Assembly: GCF_001949145.1 (NCBI RefSeq)
Contig: NW_019091355.1
Coordinates: forward strand, 4,413,374 to 4,477,373
DNA: 64,000 bases
Source: Acanthaster planci
Lineage: Eukaryota
Direction of reading: 5' to 3'
The notes under the pieces are model-generated. The model worked only from the letters and a program-made list of their open reading frames with translations, had not been told where the DNA came from and searched no databases. Positions 49,161 through 62,580 of this stretch are shown here, piece after piece. How positions within the stretch are numbered: position 1 is the stretch's first letter; each line of letters starts with the position of its first letter. Position numbers and translations under genes: made by a program.

Positions 49161-51255
49161 TGCTAATCACTATTTATTCAGGTCACACTATTCAGAGAAA
49201 AACACCGAAGTAGGATGACGCAGTGTGTACAGCCTATCACGCTGAAGGCGTCAGAACCAGAGGGTACGATGGAACGAAAGAGACCTTCAAGTTACATTAA
49301 TGTTTTCAAAATAGTTTCCCAGCCCCCCCCCCCCCGCAGCATGCACCCGGCTGGCACAAGATGTGTGTCTTCGTCAGGGTATTGCTGTAAACGGTAAATC
49401 GGTTCACTGGTAAAACTGTCCGGAAGTAAGAATTCCCTCGCCTTGGTAAAAGTACCCCCTGGCCTGATGGCAAATCATTTTCCTCCAGGTCGTTCTCCCT
49501 ATCTCCCCCTCGTTTTGCCAGGCAGATTTTTCGTGTCAGTTCGATCATGGAGCTCCATGGTTCGATGAATTCAGTCCACATGGAATATATTTAATTTTTT
49601 TTATCTCTGCATCAAGCTGTCAAAATGGGGGGGGTGGTGACATTTAAAATCAATCAAGCAAGTTTCAGGTACCGTTAAGCACATAGTTTCATCTTTTCAA
49701 ATGAATTACCCCAAAGTAGCAATTAATTGACCAAAATTGATTTGGGCACGATTAACCAAAGTTTTGCTCCATTCAGAGCCCGCGGCATCATAAACAAGTG
49801 CATGAATTTTTTAAGGCTCCGTATTTCTTATAACGCCCCCAATAGTTTGCATAAGTTTACCGAAGTCATTATTTACGTTTCGGCATATCATGCGAGTGCA
49901 ATACGTCAGTGACTGATCGTTTAGCAGATTCTCAGATAATTTATCGATACACGGGCTCTCTCTTTTATGTCAGTACAGTAAAACTTTATTTTCTGATTAT
50001 TTTTTGCCAAATACTCAACGGAGAAGCTTTTGATGGGCACATAAAGCTGACGAATGACCAGACGATACGACGACCTCGACCATCGACATCGCGACAACGA
50101 TCGATGAAGTCTGGTAACACTGGGGTAGAGAGCCTGGGCAAGGGCTTTGGGGAAGACTTACAAAAATTTCATTTTCGGACGCCAGTAATTCTTTCCTGCA
50201 GTGACTTAATAGCCATCAGAGAGCAAAAACGTGTCCAGAAAAGTTCAATTTAGGAGGGAAAATACTAAGTCGTTTACTGAGAAAACACTTGATTTTTTCA
50301 GACCAGTCTCACGGGGCACCGGGTGTAGGCACAGGGTGTCAAGTGGCGTCCGTATACACCATGTACGTATGTGGAACTCTTTCCAGGCTTTGTACTAGAT
50401 TAAAGGCTTAAGTAAACCTTTTCATGCATTCACTGTAATTGAAAGAACAGCCTCGAACATGTCAGCATGCTGAAAGGCACCAGCTGACCTACATGTAGAC
50501 CCGTAAACAGGGCCTGACGAATACTCTTCCAGGAGTATTCGTCGGGCCCTGTTTACGTGTCTGCAGCTGACCAGTGGTGTACAAATTTCTGTGGACATGA
50601 TGGAAAGAAAAGGCGATTGACTGATGATCATCATGATGGAATTCTTGGCAAATCATACAAAAAATTATTGAATAACACTGGCAGATCCCGCAGAGATCAA
50701 GTGATCACGCAGATCGACCAGTCGTTCCAATGCACTCAATGGAGATTTTCTTATGTCTAAAGACATTTGGACAGTGGTTGGTATTTTTATACGTGTGCAA
50801 AAATTCAGGGTACAGTTGGGACAAGATGATACTTATACACTGCAGTTCGATTTTTTGGACATGCAGTGCATAATTGCCATTTTGGATGGCTTTTCAACAA
50901 ATGTCAGTGAATTCCAAACAGTTTACATGCCATTTTCTCTTTTTATGCAAGTACAGAAAAAATTTTCTAAATTCACATTCTCACATTTAGGGCTCAGGTG
51001 GAATCTTTTTTGCCCAGTTTCTGGACATGATCATGCTCGTGACTTTCAAGCTCAATTTTAAAACAGTCATCAAAAATCTTAGTTTTTGTTATTACATGTA
51101 TTTTTTAGGTTTTAGATCAAAGTGGTTAGAGCAGTGATTTTTAAGCTCAACAATAAAGATGTTTGGTGACAAAGAAAGCTTGAAAAGGTAAATCTGTATG
51201 AACTTGAAGCTAGGGTGACAATAGTCCAGTAAAAATGGATTTTGCTTTGTTACAG
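49161..51255. promoter_or_regulatory. Divergent promoter region between ADH5 and PPM1K, probably including a non-coding PPM1K first exon
   Basis: The ADH5 ATG (49160, minus) and PPM1K ATG (51389, plus) diverge. A CpG-rich patch at about 50040-50113 ends in a possible donor TG|gtaaca. Confidence 0.5.
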
Positions 51256-51388
51256 GAAGGCCAACAGTCAGTCTACAGGACACTGCATGAAGGATCTTTT
51301 CAAGATGTCCTGAAGAAAAATTTCCAAGAACCCTTTGGGAGCTAGTTAAACCTTGGAATTTACACTGCAGTCAAGGACATCTGTAAGC

Positions 51389-54137
51389 ATGTTCAACTCT
51401 GTATCTCTCAGCGGATTGAGTAGAGTTTGTATGAGAAATGTCTTAAAGGAGGTTAAGCTGAATCTCAGATACTCCAGTTTGCCAAGAACACATCTTGGCA
51501 AAGGGAAAACTGTTCCACCCACGTGTACGTGCATCAGGAATTGTTCCTCCGGTGACCACAGTAACCGACCGCCCGAGTGGGATACCTATGGCACCTGGGA
51601 AAATCGCATCGAGGAGCCCATACTTCTGCAGCAGAGCATCAAGCACGGCATCCCCATTCCCAAGATCTCCCTGTCAAATGTTGGACAGGAGTCCTTGATC
51701 GGAAGGCGCTTGACCAATGAGGATCGGATACGCGTAGGGGAACTGGCTCCAAATCTCCTGTACTTTGGGATTTATGACGGACACGGAGGAGCCGTCGCGG
51801 CCGATTTTGCCAGCTACAGTTTGGAACATCACGTTGCGTACTGGCTTACAAAGGAGCATGACTTACAGGTGGTGTTGAGGCAGTCGTTTGTAGATCTGGA
51901 GAACCAGTTTGCTAGGTACCTGCACATGGAACTTCAAGGTGATGATCCACATTGTAGAACTTTAAAAAAATCAACCACCATCTCTTGTTTTACACTTTTC
52001 CTTGATTTGACTTTGAAACAGGGATACGTGTACATATTGAAAACGTTATAACCCTATCCAATTTATGCATCAAATTGGAGTACGGTTTTAAACAATGAAC
52101 ACTATTCAAATATGTACATGCTATGCACTGATAACAGATACGTTATCACAAAAACAGGCAATCTCTGACTGATTGCTTTCAAATTCAAAGTTCCATTTAA
52201 CAGAAAAATGTCAACTTAATATAAGTAGTTGTACATTTCATTCTTGAATCAGGAAAATAAGTTGGGTGCAGTAAAGCAGACACTTTGAACTTGACAGTCA
52301 CAGTCCCCAATATGACCCGCACGCCAGAATTCAATCAGTAATGAAGTTACAAAGTCTAATCTCTCCAAGCAATGCTGAACATTTCTTGTGCATGGAGTTA
52401 TTTCAATGCTTGAAACAACAGCTGTCTAGCCCTCCAATGTACCGATACACATGTAGTTATCTTACTTTATTTTTTTTGGGGGGGGGCCTGTTCCTAGATC
52501 CAGCCTTGGAAAACAGCGGCACAACAGCGACCGTGTGCCTTCTGCGCAATGGCAATGAGCTGGTGGTGGCCAATGTGGGCGACAGCCGTGCCATTCTCTG
52601 CCGCAAGGGGAGGGCCGTGAGACTGTCGCGGGACCACCAGCCAGAGGTGGATTCAGAGAGGGAGAGGATTGAAGCATCGAAGGGTTTCATCAGGTATATA
52701 CCAACGCCTCAGAAAGTTACATCTAGTCTGCTACATGTACATCATCATAGAAAGTTATGAAAAACCTTGAAAGGTGCCTGTATCTAAGTCAAAGACAAAA
52801 TGTGTGTTTCCCCAAACCCACCCCAACAAGATGGTTACATGCACAAGAGACAAACTTACTAGGAGAAAGTCCATTCTTAATGAGAGATGAAAGCCTCAAA
52901 CCATTGCGATAAAGTATTTGTTCTTACAAATAACTACCTTTTTTTTTTACAAGAAACGGACTCGGTCTCTAATATCTATGCCACTTTCTTTTTCGTGATA
53001 GGGCTAAAGTTCAAAATTTGATTAACAGTGTCAGTTTTTTTTTTTAACTTTTGTCTGTCTACAGCTGGAATAGCAAAGGCCATCCGCTTGTCAACGGTGC
53101 ACTAGCAATGACCCGGAGTATAGGCGATGGACCATTAAAACGATACGGCGTGACTGCACAGCCAGAGACAAAATCAGTAGAGGTGGGTGAAACAACCAGC
53201 ATGAGATAGCTGGTACTTTATGACTGCAGCAAGCAAGGCTGTCAAGTGTGGCACCAAGAAAGCAGAGCCTCAAGTGGATCGTCATTTCTATGAAAATGTA
53301 CATGTACATCATAAATTTAAACATAGGTTTTCCATTTTAGTCTCTTCTAAAGCGATGAGGACATGTATTTGTTATCCGCCGGTCAATTTTGCCTGGTACC
53401 CTGGATATACATGTATTGATACAGGTTACCAGGGAACATTTACCAGTTGTCGACAAAGGGTGACTACTCAAACTTGCCCCAGAATGGATGGAACTGACTG
53501 CGACAGTTCCCGTCAAATATTACTTTCCAGATTGCATCTCGGACAGAATATGTGGTGTGTCAAAAACTAGGTGGGGTGCAAGGATATGCTCTTGCTTTCT
53601 GGATATGCATGCAGAAATTGCACGATCAGATAACTTGGAACTGTATGTTTGATTGTTTGGTTTTTTGAGGGACACTGATGTCAAAGGCCAGGATATAAGG
53701 AGAAAGGCAATTGCTCCCCAAGTTACTTTACTTAAAAATTTGATCACTATTCAAATGAGGTCATCGGCCTCGATCAACTCTTTTGTTGAAATGCAGTTTT
53801 TTCTTGAGTGTTATTTTTGAATCCTAATTCAACCCCCCCCCGACTAAATCATGGTCTCATGGTAATTCCAAACGCACAGATCAAGCACAGCAAAGACAGC
53901 ATGCTGGTCTTGGTGACGGACGGTATTATTTCGGTCATGACGGACCAGGAGATCTGCGACTCCATCAACCAGTGCCACGACCCCCCCTCGGCAGCCTACT
54001 TTGTGGCCGACCAAGCCCTGCAGTTTGGCAGTGAAGACAACGCGAGCATCTTGGTGGTCCCCCTAGCACGCTGGGGTTACGAGACCGGCAAGAGCTCCAT
54101 GTACACGATGCGATGGTTTGAATGGTCCAAACAGTAG
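51389..54137 (+). CDS. PPM1K: Mitochondrial PP2C-family phosphatase (PP2Cm / BCKDH phosphatase), complete, 373 aa
   Basis: Exons 51389-51938, 52498-52693, 53065-53182, 53880-54137 join in frame (1122 nt). It has an R/S/L-rich presequence-like N-terminus and the PPM1K-specific [34 protein letters not shown]2C motifs: [42 protein letters not shown] likely 5'UTR acceptor lies at 51255 (tttgctttgttacag) and AATAAA at 54412-54417. Confidence 0.96.
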
Positions 54138-54927
54138 TGCTACATCGCGAGTCTGCAAACTTATCTAAACCCTCGCCTTTGGTGTGATCACAAATTCTGG
54201 GACATCCGGGGTTATTATTCACCAACTGACATCTTATGATCTTCCTCATGTTGGATTGTGAGATGACATTATCACAGTAAAAGTTAACAATTTCGGTACT
54301 GGTGAATAGATCTTAGATTGAAAATGAATCACAACTCTAGAATCATGCGATTCTGTTCAAAGTTTCACACTATATGCGTTGATTTTGCAGTACTGATTTC
54401 GGCACATTGGGAATAAAAACTGTTTGCATATGTTTTTAAAAACCACACCGTATGACATTGTGATAATGAGCAAAGCAGCGTATTTTTCAATGACCGTCTT
54501 CAATTGGTGCACTTCAGTGAGATCTTCAAGCACAGCTTGCCTAGAGCATTACTTGCCATGCCAATTCTGAGTAAAAACAGCCTCGGATTAAGCAAAGCCC
54601 ATCTCTTTGCAGATTTTTTGCTGGTCCAAATGAACGGCAGTTACCGATACTGTTGGGAACAACGAACAACTTGGAAAACAAATAAACACTACAGTTTACA
54701 ACATGTATATATACCTATTTCATACTATCATATACATGTATAATATATCGTTCATTGTTTGCAGACACTGAACTTTGACCTCATACATGAAGCTCGTACA
54801 TTGTGAAACTGGCTATCAGAAACTGATTCTAAAAAGCATTCAAATTTTACCGGCTGCTGTGTTTTTGTAAATTGATTTGACATTGTATAAATTGCATCTT
54901 TTGGAAGGGATTAAGCTGTTAAAATCA

Positions 54928-55272
54928 AGGAGGCGTGTGGCCTAGTGGTTAGGGTTTGGAGCTTCTGATCATAGGGTCAGGGGTTTGAATCCAGCTGGTG
55001 GCAGCGTGTTGTGATCCTGGGCAAGTCACTTTACCGTTATGTGCCTCTCTCCACCCAGGAGTAAATGATTACCTGTGAGGGCAGACACGGTTATGTTTAG
55101 CCATTTGCGTCGAAATGGCAGCACCGGGCTAGTATACTCCCCAGGAAGCCGAGATGGTTTCAGGAATGTTCAGATGATGCGTGAGCCCAATGTGCAGGGA
55201 TGATAATGGCGCTTTGAAACGTTGTGTAAAGCTCATTACAAATGTCGTAATTGTTATTTATTATTATTATTT
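54928..55272 (+). mobile_element. tRNA-derived SINE with CORE-like central domain and (TTA)n tail
   Basis: A box TGGCCTAGTGG (54938-54948) and B box GGTTTGAATCC (54982-54992). These are followed by gtgatcctgggcaagtcactttacc..gtgcctc, which resembles the MIR/CORE domain, and a ttattattat tail. Confidence 0.8.
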
Positions 55273-57045
55273 TGCTCATTAGGGCATTGGCAGACTCAAC
55301 AAACACCGACACACTGAAATAAACAAATAAGCTGAAGTAACAACAACCGGTTAATTTTATTCTTACTCATATTGTTAACATTTGGCTGCTGTGGTCTATG
55401 CGAGTCATGTACGCTGTAGTGTGCGGCTGATCATTTCAACGAAAGTTCTGCAACATTGATTACTTTATACTGTAATACGTATATGTGACTGCGAGAACAC
55501 AAACGGTAAGCAAGAAAGATTTATTAGTTCCACTTCAATCCACTGTTAGCGAGCAGAGCAATGAGAAAATGTGAAAAGGGAATTACCTCTAGAATGCACG
55601 GGCTGAACAAAATATCAAGAGCACTGGGGAAGTGGTTGGAGGTCTCGGGACACCGAGGGGCAGGGGCTGACTGCCTCTACGTGCACCCAGCTGTCTCGGT
55701 GTGAGCCCTTTTCTGCTATGTTTGCTCTACATGTGCACTTTTTGGGTGAAATTCGCATTATAAAAGGGTACTGAAGAATCCAACGACGTTTCACCAGACA
55801 TTCCTGATGGCCCCCTTTACTGGTAGAAAGCACCATGCTGGGTTTGTATGGAAAGCTGTCAAGGAACACACAATGAGTACAGTAGTTGCCACAATGCATA
55901 CCGCCATTGATGGGGGCCACTGTACATCGCCCGATAAGTCTCTTTTCCTTTACACCCATTGATTTCATTTCTTCGTGGGGCACAGGCAGTGGCTAATTGC
56001 CATTCAAGTCCCCCCCCCCACCACTGACCTGTTCCAACCTCCCAAGAAACGACTCATCTGATTTGGGTTACAGAGACTAAGGTTCCACTTTCCAGATGAA
56101 CAATGCTTCAACACAGACAAATTACATACAACATGCAGACATACTGGGGAAATAATCAACAACCATACTGAATAATGTCCGGCCAAAAAATTAGGTTTCT
56201 TTCAAGTACCCATGCTCATGTATTTTGCTAGGTATGATTTCATTAAGTGTCTAAGTAGTGATTTTGCCGACAAAATACGAACGCATGGTACCTACATTTT
56301 AGTTTTCTGATGTTGACAGTATTTTTAAGTAAACAACAAAAATGTATACACATATATGCACATAAGTTTTTAACTATGCAAACAAAAAGAAACATGCCAA
56401 GCCAATCTGCCAGACAGAATCTGATACATGTGCATGTGCATCTCTCAACCGTGCACACAACGTTACAATAATATGCACATATAGCTTACTGACTGAAAAC
56501 TAAGGCCACATCGTCAAGACAAACCTCTTCACTTTGAAGCACACTGCCTGCTAATGTAAAGGAGACTTCTTTCAGACAGTGTTTAGGGGCTCTCCTTCCG
56601 GCTGCTTAGAGGTGAACAGAATTCTCAGTGCGGGGCTCCGACATTACTAGAACTGAATTACGGAGAGCTGCCCTTTGGTACTCTCACCGGAGCCGCGTTA
56701 TCCGACAAGCACAGGAGGCACTGTACATGTGATGCACCTACGGGCCACGAAAAATTCCAGGTGCCCACAAGATATCTGAAGGCCCATGAAAGTGTAACAG
56801 TGCGCCCCATAAATCTTGTACATGTACCATTATGACCAACCGTGAGCACCCAAGATATGTTTTAGCGTCTCTCTCTGCAGCTTTGATTTTGGCAAGCTTC
56901 AAACTGGCGATTGCAAGCAGATTTGTGGCTTACAAGCACAGGTTATATTGTACAGCTTCATCAACATGTAATGCGAGGTTCAGGGGGGAGGGGGCAAACC
57001 AGCACTATGAAGGGCATGTATCTTGGATACAGTAGGGCCCATGGA

Positions 57046-57226
57046 CAGCGGCACAGCAAAGGCATTTTCTTTTGGGGTGTGTCGGGGTCAATTTGCCGAC
57101 TGGTCGATGTATGTCAATAATTCATGACGTCAATTTCAGTTTCATTTGCTGACTGACCCTTTATTTGCTGACTGAAAAGAATTATGGGGGGGGGGTTGGA
57201 ACACAACCCCCCCCGCTACGCCGCTG
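57046..57226. mobile_element. hAT-type MITE with 8-bp target-site duplication
   Basis: TIRs cagcggcacagc / gctacgccgctg (10/12). Flanks cccatgga (57038-57045) and ccaatgga (57227-57234), 7/8 identical. Confidence 0.75.
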
Positions 57227-57560
57227 CCAATGGAGCACCGGTACCTAAAGCCTAAAGAATACTTCAACCAGCTGTGACATTTTTACATTTACCTCGTACT
57301 GCGTAATGTGTACAATTACCAAGATACACCAAACCTCAAAAATCTTGCTGCGTGCCATAGCTGTGAGGACCACAGGTGCTGGACAGTTACTGTGGGGACC
57401 AAAGACCCATGTACACCTAGGTCCTCACAACTTGATCCTGATTGATTGGATAAAGAACACACATCCCTTCACAGTCTTATCCGCAGCATATCTCACGGCA
57501 TACATGTACATGTTTATCCCATCTTTATCTTTAAAGCACTTTATGTTTCTGCTATTTTAA

Positions 57561-57687
57561 AGGGAACTTTGGTGTCTTCTTGATCTTTGTATTTTGTCAA
57601 TATTCATGAGAGAATTTGTCATGTTATTCTGGGCAGAAACATTAATGGCACAAAAAAATATGTTTGGTCGGCACGCCAAAGTACCCC
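57561..57687. mobile_element. Short TTAA-flanked (Kolobok-like) MITE
   Basis: TTAA|agggaactttggtgt ... acgccaaagtacccc|TTAA, 12/15 inverted match. Confidence 0.65.
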
Positions 57688-59469
57688 TTAAAAAACACAG
57701 AAAACAGATTGACAGCAAAAACTGAATTTAAAAAAAAAGACCTACAAATGGGCTAATGCGTGAACAGGTGCTAAAGTTTGTATCGTTAACAGTGCCCTCT
57801 AGTGTCCAGTGACACCCACTTCACTCCCCTTTAATTTTTCCTCATCTAAATCATTTTTTCCTTGTCTAATGCCCCAAGGAAACCTGTCATACCCGTAGCT
57901 ACTGCCATTGTAGAACTCTTGTATTATGCAATCAGATGAACAATTCTGAGAGGATAAATCAAGACATTAACATTCAATTCAAAGTGGCTCACTTTAAAAA
58001 GCTGGCACAGGTTAATGAACTCTTGGAAAAGATTTCAAGTGTTGTTACGACACATACATTTTAGGCAGTAAGTATACGTACTCTCCAAAGTCGAACCATA
58101 ACAGTTAAACTTCTCTAAACATGAGCAACATTTGCAATGAATCCTACATGCATAGCAAATACCAAAATGGCCGCACTTTTCTAACCATAAAAGCAATGAC
58201 TGGCTTTTTATATTGTGTAAAGTTCACCATTTTGAGCAGAAAGCGGCAATCAACATTTGTGCCTTGTCACTGAAATCACACTAAAACAGAGATTTTTCAA
58301 ATCAGACTTATATAATTTCTCTTAAATATATATATACAATATTTTTGTCTTAAATATTTGTACTCCACAATAACTGGGTAACCAGGGCCAATTTCAAGTT
58401 TGACAGCTTTTACAGGCTCGTTAAAAGTATCTCTCATATTCCATCATACTTGTGTACACGTAAGTAATATATTGCCGTCTTCCTGATAAGATGAGGAAAA
58501 ATGTTCAAATCAATAAGACATTTCACATTATGACGATATAGTATTAGTTTAGGATGGTTTCGTTTTACTTTCTTTAACCAAAAACAGCATTTGACCTTCG
58601 CCTCTGCTCTCTGGAGCCGTTCTCTGAAAATGGCCACTTGTTACATCGTGTCCGCCAGCAAAGTGAACCAACCTTTTCTTTCCCCAACAAAATATCAAAG
58701 CTGAACAAATTCAAGAGTTTCATGACAGTGCGTGAATCAGCCAAAATGATGATATGCTGTGTTCAGACCAACGACAAGTAGATAAATGCGCACCCGGGCA
58801 ACGGCTTCAAGACTATCCGTGCACTTCTACATTGTGCTTTATATGTATGGATGAACGCTCTACAGGTGCTTGACCCATCACTGCCCTGCGGCAATTATTT
58901 TCTGCTTTTGTTAAAACTATTCTCAGTCTACTTTTGCAGCAGAACTGGCAGGCTGAGAAGGCACCAAAAAATTCCACAACTGCCAATTCATTTGAGGGTA
59001 CATTTGCAAAATTGCCATGTCCCAATGTGATGTCGCCCACTGCAGTTTTACAGCATCACGTAACACTTTTTTTTGCTTTATGTACATGTCAACAACTGCA
59101 TTTTTAAAGTGGCAAACCACAAGAAAAACTACGCCAAATTGCAAACACAAATATTAACGGGCTCTCTCGTGCAGATCAAGTTAGGGTTTAGCATGCACTC
59201 TTCAAAATTGAATTCCGTGTTTTTCCTTCCTTTTCGTCACAATCCACTGATTTCAGGCAACCAAATTCTTTCGTGTAGTCTGCCGTCTACTCGAGACGGC
59301 TGAACTTCAACCTGATTTGTAAACAATTACAAGTTACAACCTTGGCCCTTCCCCGGGTACTGAGTCCACCCGTCAACTGACCATCTTACGATTCCCTGAG
59401 GAGGAGATCAAGGTAGCTCCTCCTTCTCCCCTCCACGTTGTCCGCCTTCTTCCAATGGCAGGGCAGTCC

Positions 59470-59559
59470 CTACGGGGTCGGGGCTGTGGGCTTGATGAAC
59501 TTTTCCGGGTTGTGGCTTCCGGAATTGCTGCCCGCTGTAGCTACAGTGACCCGGTGCCG
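59470..59559 (-). CDS. Putative terminal coding exon of an unidentified minus-strand gene
   Basis: Good acceptor ttcttttattctggtcttgtccgcag| at 59560 followed by a GC-rich island. Phase-0 reading gives RHRVTVATAGSNSGSHNPEKFIKPTAPTP*; a phase-1 frame is also open to a TGA at 59408. Candidate minus-strand AATAAA near 55356-55361. Protein not recognised. Confidence 0.35.
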   Translation of the reverse strand, partial: RHRVTVATAGSNSGSHNPEKFIKPTAPTP

Positions 59560-60531
59560 CTGCGGACAAGACCAGAATAAAAGAATTTTTTTTTTCAACG
59601 TGATTGGGTCAGTCTAGAGAATGACAGCCATCCACATCTGAAGTCCACAAATGTTAAAACAGTTTCAAGGACAAAACAGCCAAGAAGGGTGCACTGCACG
59701 GTACGCATGTGTTCTCTGCAGAGTTCATGCATGTTCATACGATTTACAACTGAATGGGTACAATTGATGGCATCTATGACTAGGAAGGATGCACCTTAAT
59801 GTGGCTATCTGATGGACATATCACTTAAGTCTTGATTGATAATACTACTGAGGCGGAATAAACGCGCTGACAAATGAACTATGGCTAAAACTCAAGGACT
59901 GTTTATGAAAAAGATTCTGACATCGAGGTCGTCTCACAAATTGTGTGATGTACACGTACATGTTAAGGTCAAAACCAAGATGGCAAACTTATACAATTCA
60001 AATAAATGAATGCGGATGTGATGTGGTACATGTATGTTGACCCACGGGCAGACAAGTGAATACCCTGGTGAAGAAGTACAGATTGAGGTGGACTGGGCAA
60101 TCACAGGTCACTTGTGCCAGGAACACTTTGCCTTTCAGCTCAATTATAACAAGTGCATATACCCACCAAGATCAAATCTCAGCAGTAGCAAAAGGCTAGA
60201 TGCACTTCGACTATGACTACACATGTAGCACTCATTCTATGCTCTCTCTCTAGGGGTCGACATTTACACGTGGGCAATTCTGTCATTATGGACGTTATGT
60301 TTGTATGCAACTTCCGAGTTTCAATTGATAAACGATAAACTTGAGGTGGGAAAAAACAGTTTATTTGCTTTTATACTTAAGCCTATATTCGAGTGTTAAA
60401 ATATTAAAAGTTAAACAATTAATAGTTAAACAAAATGCCTGCAAGCAGTTCTGATGACATGTTAATGGCACCATGCACCTTTAAATCCCTTTTGCCTCCA
60501 ACAAGATCCACTCGGTCACCAGAGGTGGCAG

Positions 60532-60672
60532 CAAGTCATTTCTTGCAAGTCCAAGTCATGTCACAAGTCATTATATGCAAGTCCAAGTCAAGTCACAAGT
60601 CAAAGCTGGTATACACAAGTCAAATCCCAAGTCAAAAAATAGCAACTGGAGTTCAACTCGAGTCCAAGTCAC
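60532..60672. repeat. Degenerate (CAAGT/CAAGTC)n repeat
   Basis: caagtccaagtcatgtcacaagtc...caagtccaagtcaagtcacaagtc. Confidence 0.75.
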
Positions 60673-62318
60673 AGGTCTTGAGTCAGCAACTCTGTTGCTT
60701 ACAACAGAGTGGCAATCCTTTGAAGACAACAAGAACACACCTCCTTTATTCTTAAAATGCAAATGGAATAATTGCCCTGCATTACCCCTGTCACTGGAAC
60801 ATTGACAAACTTGTACAGTGTGTACTGAGCTTGAGAATGTTTCAAGATCAAACTTTTTGAAAACAAGTGTTAGTTGGAAAGACCATACGTTCCATGCAAA
60901 ACTGGCACAGAGGGAGTGACTAGTACAAAAAGTTCAGAATGATGTGAACCTGGAAGATGCATGCGATGAATCCTTCTTACATGAGCTTTTTGTGCATCTT
61001 TATAATCTTTTTTTTTCCAATGGGTGAAAACTATTTGTGACCCGCTCTGCAAAAAAGGGTAATAAGTCGCACAATGCCAAAACACATAATGGCCTGTTCT
61101 ATTTGGAGAGGGCAACATTTCTTCCAAAATGTGATTTGGTGTTTTTTCCTTGAATACTTTCTATAATATTTATATTTCCAGAATTTGTGACTACAATCAT
61201 GGATATTGATGAATAAAGATGAAAAATTGATCATTCAGTAGGAAATCCTACATAGCATTGTGTTTCCAAGTGCTACAATTCAAAAGCTTTTTCTCAAAAA
61301 GTGCTTCTATTGAATCCAAACATGTGGATATACAAATGTCCATATATCTCCGCAATGCTGCGCACTACCGGGGTCATTCATATATCAAATTGTACCTTTT
61401 GATGTACAGAATCCAGCCATATCAAAAACTCATAACCTGAATCTGGCGACTTATTACCCAATTTTCTAGAGCCAATCACATATGCCATCCTTTCAAGACG
61501 AAGACGAATTGTCAAGGCTTTTCAAGACAACTGATGGCACTGTTCCAATTATAACAGAATTATAAAGTTTCTCCCATTTTACAGATTTTTTGTTGGATTG
61601 AAAAGGCCACATTTTCCTTTTTCAAACAAGGCCTGTTGAAGTTTCATGTTGTAGAATATCCACTCACGACAGGAATAACTACAACTAAAAATCTCCCAGA
61701 TGAATGTAATTGGAAACAAACTGCACATGTACGATGGGAAAATAAAACCAAACTGTGTAACAAAACGCTGTACATGTAGAGACATGTGTTTGTCTTGGAC
61801 ACTTCTTTGACAAGCACTACGTGACCAGGCAAGACGTTCTTAAAAATTAGTTAATACAAATCAATGCTGGGCATGCACTGTCATGCACAGTAACGGGAAA
61901 ATAGGGTAGGGGGCGACTTTGAAGAAGTTAATATTACACAAAATTTGATGTTATAGTTTCGGTTTGATGCTACAGAATTGGGATGACCACCATTGCAAAT
62001 GCAAATCAGTGGCATTATTCACAAAAAACCAACACATCTTTGGTATGTATTGAATGATGTGGTTTTGAAGACAACAAAACAGAGGGCAACAAAACCAAAA
62101 TAAAACATGCAACAAATAAAACTAAACCCAACCCAACCCAGCCCAAGTGTGTAAACGCCTTCAATCATGGACTCCCTATTGTTCCTCTTTTGTTCATACT
62201 TTAACTTTTTTAGAAGACCTCCCATATGTTTTGTACACATTTTCGAACCGTGGACTCTTTGGCAACCGTGAACCCTATTGTCCACTATTGTTATAGGTCC
62301 ACAATTTGAATGTGTATA

Positions 62319-62580
62319 CAAACTCAACCCAACCAAATCAAACCTCACCAAACCCAACCCAACCCAACCCAATCAAACCTCACCAAACCCAACCTAACCT
62401 CACCAAACCAAACCAACCAAACCTCACCATGCCCAACCCAATCAAACCTCACCAAACCAAACCAAACCAAACCAAACCCAACTTAACCAAACCAAACAAA
62501 ACAACACCCAACCCAACCCAACCCAACCAAACCTCACCAAACCCAACGCAACTCAACCAAACCTAACCAAACCAAACCAC
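62319..62580. repeat. Degenerate pentanucleotide microsatellite (AACCC/AACCA)n
   Basis: aacccaacccaatcaaacctcaccaaacc... This explains the low-complexity ORFs 62306-62566 and 62019-62372. Confidence 0.9.

Noticed and set aside
60034..60216. ORF containing GEEVQIEVDW, reminiscent of AlaX/AlaRS editing domains
   Set aside because: It lacks the following RR..HxxxH motif and supporting exons; too short to call.
62019..62566. Pro/Asn/Gln/Thr-rich and Gly/Leu/Val-rich ORFs
   Set aside because: Translations of the (AACCC/AACCA)n microsatellite.
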